From NCBI GenBank assembly GCA_035457005.1, contig DATICB010000020.1, positions 2,109-66,108 on the forward strand: a stretch of 64,000 nt of DNA, read 5' to 3'. A program made the position numbers and the translations under genes. Below are positions 58,871 to 64,000 of the stretch, piece after piece. How positions within the stretch are numbered: position 1 is the first letter of the stretch; each line of letters opens with the position of its first letter. The stretch comes from Patescibacteria group bacterium (lineage in GTDB: Bacteria > Patescibacteriota > Microgenomatia > Levybacterales > UBA12049). The notes below the pieces were generated by a model, which worked only from the letters and a program-made list of their open reading frames with translations, did no database searches and was not told where the DNA came from.

Positions 58871-60100
58871 CTAGTCTAGTGTAATTCTTATGTAATTTCT
58901 TTTACCAACTTTCAATATCATATTGTCATCAAGTTTAATTAATTGTTTTGGATCTAGAATTTTTTCTCCATCTATAGATACCGCACCCTGCTGAACTAGT
59001 CGTTTTGCTTCTGATGCGCTGGGTGCTAAGTTTAGCGCTACCAAAACGTCTGTTATCCATCTACCTTCTTTAATTGCATCTGCTAATGATATCTTTTCCA
59101 GATCTTTTTCTGTAACAGTAGGAACATCTGATGGCATTTCTTTTTTCTGGACAGTTCGCTCAAAGTATTCCTGAGCAGATTTTGCTGCTTCTTCGTGATT
59201 GAGCTGTTTTACTATTTCGAATGCTAATCTTTTCTTATGCTCAACCGGATGTGCACCTGCTTTTAGTTCTTCTGCAACTTTTTCAACCTCGTCCATTGGC
59301 ACATCGGTTAGGTATTCTAAGCCTTTCACAATAATATCGTCAGAAAGACTCATTATCTTGCCAAAAAGATCTTCCGGTTTGTCGTTTAATGCAATAACAT
59401 TACCTTCTGTTTTACCAATTTTTCGTCCCTCACTGTCTGTTAAAAGTGGCGTTGTCATGACAAATTTTTCTCTATTCTGCATTTCCCGTACCAGTTTTCG
59501 TCCAGCCAACATGTTGAATGTTTGATCTGTTCCGCCCAATTCTGCATCTGCAGAAATTGCGACTGAGTCGTACCCCTGTAAAAGCGGATATAAAAACTCT
59601 CGAAGATTCACGTCTTCTCCTTTTTTCATTCGATCCTGAAACATATCTCTTTCTGCTAATTGCTGCAAAGAAAAGTGTCCGGCGATATCTAAAATATCTT
59701 TGAGTGTTAATTTATTCAGCCAGTCGCCGTTGTAAACAATTTCAACAGGATTCTCGCCATCAAAATTTACTAATTTTTTTGCCTGCATCACGTAATCTTT
59801 GGCATTCTGTTTTAGTTCTTCTTCGGAAAGATATTTTTCTCGTGCACGTGTTTTACCAGAAGGATCGCCAGCAAGGCCTGTTCCTGTGCCAATGAGGAAA
59901 ACTACTTTATGACCTGCTTTTTGCCAATGAGCAAGCTTACGAAATCCCACCATATGACCAATATGAAGTTGAATGCCGGTTGGGTCAAATCCTTGGTAGA
60001 TCTTTAATTTTTTTCCACTGCGAAGCATCTTCTCAAGATCCTCTTGAGAAGGATAAATAGTATCAACACCACGAGTAAGAAGTTCTTCTATTTTATCCAT
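58871..60100 (-). CDS. tyrS: Tyrosine--tRNA ligase
   Basis: GFDPT..LHIGH, YPLLQGYD, GGTDQ.FN, KIGKT, S4 domain. Confidence 0.98.
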   Translation of the reverse strand: MDKIEELLTRGVDTIYPSQEDLEKMLRSGKKLKIYQGFDPTGIQLHIGHMVGFRKLAHWQKAGHKVVFLIGTGTGLAGDPSGKTRAREKYLSEEELKQNAKDYVMQAKKLVNFDGENPVEIVYNGDWLNKLTLKDILDIAGHFSLQQLAERDMFQDRMKKGEDVNLREFLYPLLQGYDSVAISADAELGGTDQTFNMLAGRKLVREMQNREKFVMTTPLLTDSEGRKIGKTEGNVIALNDKPEDLFGKIMSLSDDIIVKGLEYLTDVPMDEVEKVAEELKAGAHPVEHKKRLAFEIVKQLNHEEAAKSAQEYFERTVQKKEMPSDVPTVTEKDLEKISLADAIKEGRWITDVLVALNLAPSASEAKRLVQQGAVSIDGEKILDPKQLIKLDDNMILKVGKRNYIRITLD

Positions 60101-60170
60101 ATTTTCTCAAAGTATAGCATGATTTTTTTTGAGTAGCTAGCCGCGGACTAGTCTACTCATGCTAATTGGC

Positions 60171-60341
60171 TTATCCCCCAATCTGCCAAGGAACAGGTTC
60201 TCCAGGGTGTTCTTTTCGCCACTTTTCGGTGGCTTTGTCGATTCGATCTATACGATCTCTTCGTTGTCTGGGTGTTTCCTGCACTTGTTGATTAGGTTTT
60301 TTACTTTCTGGAGTTTTACCTCCTCTATTTCTTTCAGCCAT
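60171..60341 (-). CDS. Small basic orphan, 56 aa (MAERNRGGKTPESKKPNQQVQETPRQRRDRIDRIDKATEKWRKEHPGEPVPWQIGG)
   Basis: Manual translation; AGGAGGTGAT SD. Confidence 0.7.
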   Translation of the reverse strand: MAERNRGGKTPESKKPNQQVQETPRQRRDRIDRIDKATEKWRKEHPGEPVPWQIGG

Positions 60342-60346
60342 CTCTA

Positions 60347-61138
60347 TCACCTCCTCTCATATTGATTCTCTGAAAGATCTCTTTCAGAGGCGAAAAGAAA
60401 CGGAAGAGATGAAAAATCATGTACAGTAAGTGCGGCTCCGGCATTTTTTAATTCTTCAGCACTTTTTGTACTTGTTCTGCCAATTGTTTTTATATTAATT
60501 GATGCACCAGCTTGTATGTCTGATGGTGTATCTCCAATAAATACTGATTGTTCAACTAGTTCTTCAAAAGGAATTCCAAAGTGCTCAGCAACTTTTTGGA
60601 AATGCCCTTCACCTTTTTTAAGACTTGGATCATTTGGGTTTGTTCCAATAGCAAAATCAATACATTCTGCGAGTTCTGGATGGAGCTCTAAAAGTTGAAA
60701 AATATTTTTTGTCGGACGAGAGGAGGAAATAAAAAGGTGAATACCTTGCTGCTTAAGGCTTTTTAGGGCACTCGTTATATCAGGGAAAAGTTCCAGAGGT
60801 TGATTAAAGAATTCTATATCTATACTGTTGGCAATAAATTGCCGTAAATCCATAGAAACTAAGCGAAGAAGATGGTTAGAAGGTAAAGAAAGGCTATTGG
60901 GAAGAGTTTCAAGCTGTCTAATCGTTGGGTTGCCCATGGTAGCTTGAGCAAATTGATGCGTTGTATTTTCTGGAACATGAAAAAGGCGGGAAGTTCTTGT
61001 TGCAAACACTTCTGGAAAACTTCTTGTTGGTTCTTTCAGAATTGTTCCATCTAAATCAAAACCAACAAAACGCACGCTTTTAAAAGGTTTTGTTTCAATT
61101 CTTTGTACTGGTTGCTCAATTGTTCTCATATATCCCAT
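60347..61138 (-). CDS. HAD-family hydrolase
   Basis: FDLDGTI, SSS, K, IGDTPSD. Confidence 0.92.
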   Translation of the reverse strand: MGYMRTIEQPVQRIETKPFKSVRFVGFDLDGTILKEPTRSFPEVFATRTSRLFHVPENTTHQFAQATMGNPTIRQLETLPNSLSLPSNHLLRLVSMDLRQFIANSIDIEFFNQPLELFPDITSALKSLKQQGIHLFISSSRPTKNIFQLLELHPELAECIDFAIGTNPNDPSLKKGEGHFQKVAEHFGIPFEELVEQSVFIGDTPSDIQAGASINIKTIGRTSTKSAEELKNAGAALTVHDFSSLPFLFASERDLSENQYERR

Positions 61139-61162
61139 AAAAAAATCTCCCTGGTGGGAGAT
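61139..61162 (-). terminator. Attenuator terminator ATCTCCC-acca-GGGAGAT plus T6
   Basis: 7-bp stem immediately before the HAD start. Confidence 0.85.
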
Positions 61163-61194
61163 GATTGTTTTGCTGAAAATTATTTATTTATCCA

Positions 61195-61260
61195 TTAGCA
61201 CGCACAATCTCCCCCGTCAGAGAGGTTGTAATAATAAGCACTTCGTGTCGAAAGACTCAT
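61195..61260 (-). CDS. Putative Tyr leader peptide, 21 aa (MSLSTRSAYYYNLSDGGDCAC)
   Basis: TTGACA-17-TAGAAT promoter; TAT TAT TAC; alternative hairpins. Confidence 0.7.
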   Translation of the reverse strand: MSLSTRSAYYYNLSDGGDCAC

Positions 61261-61318
61261 AGTTATATTATTCTAACAATGTTGCGGGGACTTGTCAACT
61301 TTGTCTATAATAGGCTAT

Positions 61319-63604
61319 ATGGAGTTTCAGTCGAGACGCCGTCGCCGCAGTATTATTGGTCAAATCTGGCAATTTTTTTTCCCTAGTACAAATGGTGCAT
61401 CTCGGATTATGTTGTACAGCAGACTGGCCCGCCTCACCTTATTTGCACTTATTATTGGTATTGTTATTTTTGTTATTCTTTTTATTTGGTACGGACGTGA
61501 TTTGCCTGCACCTGGCAAACTCATTAACAGTAGTTTGGCTGAGTCGACACGAATTTATGATAGAAAAGGTGTGCTCCTCTACTCTGTCTACAAAGACCAA
61601 AATCGTGCATATGTGTCTCTTAACGACATACCTAAAAATGTGCAACACGCAACAATTGCGATAGAAGACAGAAATTTTTACACAAATTCTGGATTTTCTG
61701 TAACAGGCTATGTCCGCTCGTTTATTGATCTTATTGTGTATCGAAGAATTGTGAGTGGAGGCTCAACACTTACGCAGCAATTGGTCAAAAATGTATTATT
61801 GCAAGATACGCAGCAGACATTTATCCGCAAGCTCAAAGAGCTTATTTTGGCAATCCAGGTAGACAAAAGATATTCAAAAGATCAAATCCTGGAAATGTAT
61901 TTAAATGATGTGCCGTATGGTGGTGCAAATATTGGTGTTGAGTCGGCGGCGCAAGCATATTTTGGGAAAGATGTAAAAGATTTGGATTTGGCACAATCTG
62001 CATTTTTAGCAGGATTGCCTCAGGCGCCAAGTGTGTACTCGCCATTTTCTGGGAATAAATACTACCTGGCCAGGACACAGGCAGTCTTGAATGCGATGCG
62101 AGACGAAGGCTATATTTCGCAAAAACAAGACGATAGTGCGTATAAAGAGGTTCAGCAAATGAGTTTTTCAGATACTGACAGATCGATTAAGGCGCCGCAC
62201 TGGGTCATGTATATTAAACAGCTTCTTGCCCAGCAGTTTGGCGAGGCAGCTGTTGATAACGGTGGATTACAAGTAACAACAACTCTTGACTATGACATTG
62301 AGAAAAATGCAGAGGCAACAGTAAAGTCAGAAATTGGAAAATTGAAAGGATATCATGTTGCCAATGCAGCGGCAATGGTTATGGATCCAAAGACTGGACA
62401 AATTTTAGCAATGGTTGGGAATACTGACTATTTTGATACATCAATTGATGGGAATTACAACGATGCGTTGGCAAACAGACAGCCTGGGTCTTCTCTAAAA
62501 CCAATTATGTACGCAACAGCATTTGAAAAAGGCTACACCCCGGCAACAGAAGTAATGGACGTCAAGACAGATTTCCCATCTGGTGATCCGATAAATCCCA
62601 ATTATCAGCCAGTCAACTATGATGGCAAATATCATGGCCCGATTCAGTTGCGATTTGCATTGGGAAATTCCATGAATATTCCAGCTGTTAAAATGCTTGC
62701 ACGGGTTGGGATAAAAGATGTCATGACAAATGCATTTAATATGGGCATTAAAAATTGGGAGCCAACATCGAGTAATATTGCCAATGTTGGCCTGTCACTT
62801 GTTTTGGGAGGACGCGAGACAACACTTCTTGATGAAATGACTGCATACAGTGTGTTTGCAGATAACGGAGTAAAACATGATCCTGTTGCGATTCTTAAGG
62901 TAACAGACAGTCACGGAAATACACTTTTCCAAAATCAGGACAAATCAGGCATGCAGGTTCTCCCCAAAGAGGTAACCTTTCTTATTTCCCATATTTTACT
63001 GGACAATAATGCAAGAGAAGCAGAATTTGGTCCAAATTCGTGGCTTGTTGTCTCGGGTAAAACAGTCAGTGTAAAAACAGGAACAACAGATGATAAAAAA
63101 GACAACTGGACTATGGGATACACGCCCTCGTATGTTGTAGGCGTCTGGGTTGGCAACAACGACAACAGTGCAATGAATCAAGCAATTGCGTCAGGCGTAA
63201 CAGGAGCGTCTCCTATTTGGAATAAAATTATGACGTATGTTTTAAAGGGCAAGCCAGATGAGCCGCCGGTGAAACCAGACAATGTTGTTGCGGTTACGGT
63301 TGATTCTCTTTTTGGGGGACTTCCCTACAATAATCAGCCAACACGGTCTGAATACTTTATTAAAGGTACTGAGCCAACAGCAACAAATCCTGTGTATCAG
63401 TCGAAAGATGGAAAAATTTATTATGTTGTTAGAGAATCAGATCCTGTAAGTACAGACGGCGTGAATAGGTGGCAACAAGGAATCGATACCTGGATTACAC
63501 AAAATCATTCTGCAGCGGATTATCAGTGGTACCCACCAGAAGATTTACTGAAGCAATTAAATATTGCACCAACCAATCCTGTCACACCAACACCAACGCC
63601 GTAA
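61319..63604 (+). CDS. Class A penicillin-binding protein (PBP1A)
   Basis: EDRNF, GSTLTQQLVKN, RKLKE, SSLK, SMN, KTGT. Confidence 0.97.
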   Translation: MEFQSRRRRRSIIGQIWQFFFPSTNGASRIMLYSRLARLTLFALIIGIVIFVILFIWYGRDLPAPGKLINSSLAESTRIYDRKGVLLYSVYKDQNRAYVSLNDIPKNVQHATIAIEDRNFYTNSGFSVTGYVRSFIDLIVYRRIVSGGSTLTQQLVKNVLLQDTQQTFIRKLKELILAIQVDKRYSKDQILEMYLNDVPYGGANIGVESAAQAYFGKDVKDLDLAQSAFLAGLPQAPSVYSPFSGNKYYLARTQAVLNAMRDEGYISQKQDDSAYKEVQQMSFSDTDRSIKAPHWVMYIKQLLAQQFGEAAVDNGGLQVTTTLDYDIEKNAEATVKSEIGKLKGYHVANAAAMVMDPKTGQILAMVGNTDYFDTSIDGNYNDALANRQPGSSLKPIMYATAFEKGYTPATEVMDVKTDFPSGDPINPNYQPVNYDGKYHGPIQLRFALGNSMNIPAVKMLARVGIKDVMTNAFNMGIKNWEPTSSNIANVGLSLVLGGRETTLLDEMTAYSVFADNGVKHDPVAILKVTDSHGNTLFQNQDKSGMQVLPKEVTFLISHILLDNNAREAEFGPNSWLVVSGKTVSVKTGTTDDKKDNWTMGYTPSYVVGVWVGNNDNSAMNQAIASGVTGASPIWNKIMTYVLKGKPDEPPVKPDNVVAVTVDSLFGGLPYNNQPTRSEYFIKGTEPTATNPVYQSKDGKIYYVVRESDPVSTDGVNRWQQGIDTWITQNHSAADYQWYPPEDLLKQLNIAPTNPVTPTPTP

Positions 63605-63638
63605 TAAAAAACGCAAGTATTCACAAATTACCTGTTTC

Positions 63639-63824
63639 TTATTTAGTTCCACCGTGACTATTGCTCCCTGATGTTCCAGAAGCTCCCCCAACGACGCTTG
63701 GTAATTCACCAGTTGTGTCTGCCATGCCGCCTCCCCGTCCGCCATTATGATTTCCTTGACTGGTGAAGCGTATCTGAAGTACTGCTTTTTTTCCAAGCAG
63801 GTTTTCTATTGTGTATCGTGCCAT
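63639..63824 (-). CDS. Small Gly-rich orphan, 61 aa
   Basis: GGAGGTGA SD before ATG 63824 (MARYTIENLL...). Confidence 0.6.
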   Translation of the reverse strand: MARYTIENLLGKKAVLQIRFTSQGNHNGGRGGGMADTTGELPSVVGGASGTSGSNSHGGTK

Positions 63825-64000
63825 ATTCTCACCTCCCCTCTCGCATAACAGTAGAGAAAAGATGTATGACTCGCAATGAGGAATGGATGTGGATGGCACA
63901 CTTTTTTTTAATCTCAAAACTCATGCGCATTGGTGCTGCATTGTTATTGCCACTGTTTATCTTTTATTGTAAATCTAGCAATTTTGCGAAAGGAGGTGAG

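Noticed and set aside
60131-60158. Hairpin GAGTAG..CTACTC as terminator before tyrS
   Set aside because: On the coding strand it is followed by an A run, not a U run.

Overview
Chromosomal segment of a low-GC bacterium whose gene content fits Patescibacteria/CPR, probably Microgenomates (inference: type IV pilus locus without pilQ, short NusB, many small orphans, no amino-acid synthesis genes here). It carries housekeeping genes (rpmE, hisS, dnaB, efp, yebC, folD, gyrA, gyrB, ppa, trmD, rpsP, rnc, nusB, rpmF, recG, tyrS, class A PBP), tRNA-Leu(CAA), a Xer-type recombinase and a 16-kb type IV pilus cluster with two embedded GT-C glycosyltransferases. Most notable: (1) a pyrD-pyrF-pyrE operon headed by an anticodon-less AsnRS-like domain fused to a CarB-type MGS domain, a candidate new route to dihydroorotate; (2) a ~580-nt densely paired intergenic RNA candidate at 20.0-20.6 kb; (3) four ribosome-coupled attenuator-like leaders, one apparently built into the His-His 3' end of a TrpR/YerC repressor gene and one a Tyr-Tyr-Tyr leader upstream of a HAD gene and tyrS; (4) a palindromic repeat inserted in frame in recG; (5) many apparently leaderless genes. 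All calls are by eye; no searches or folding were run.
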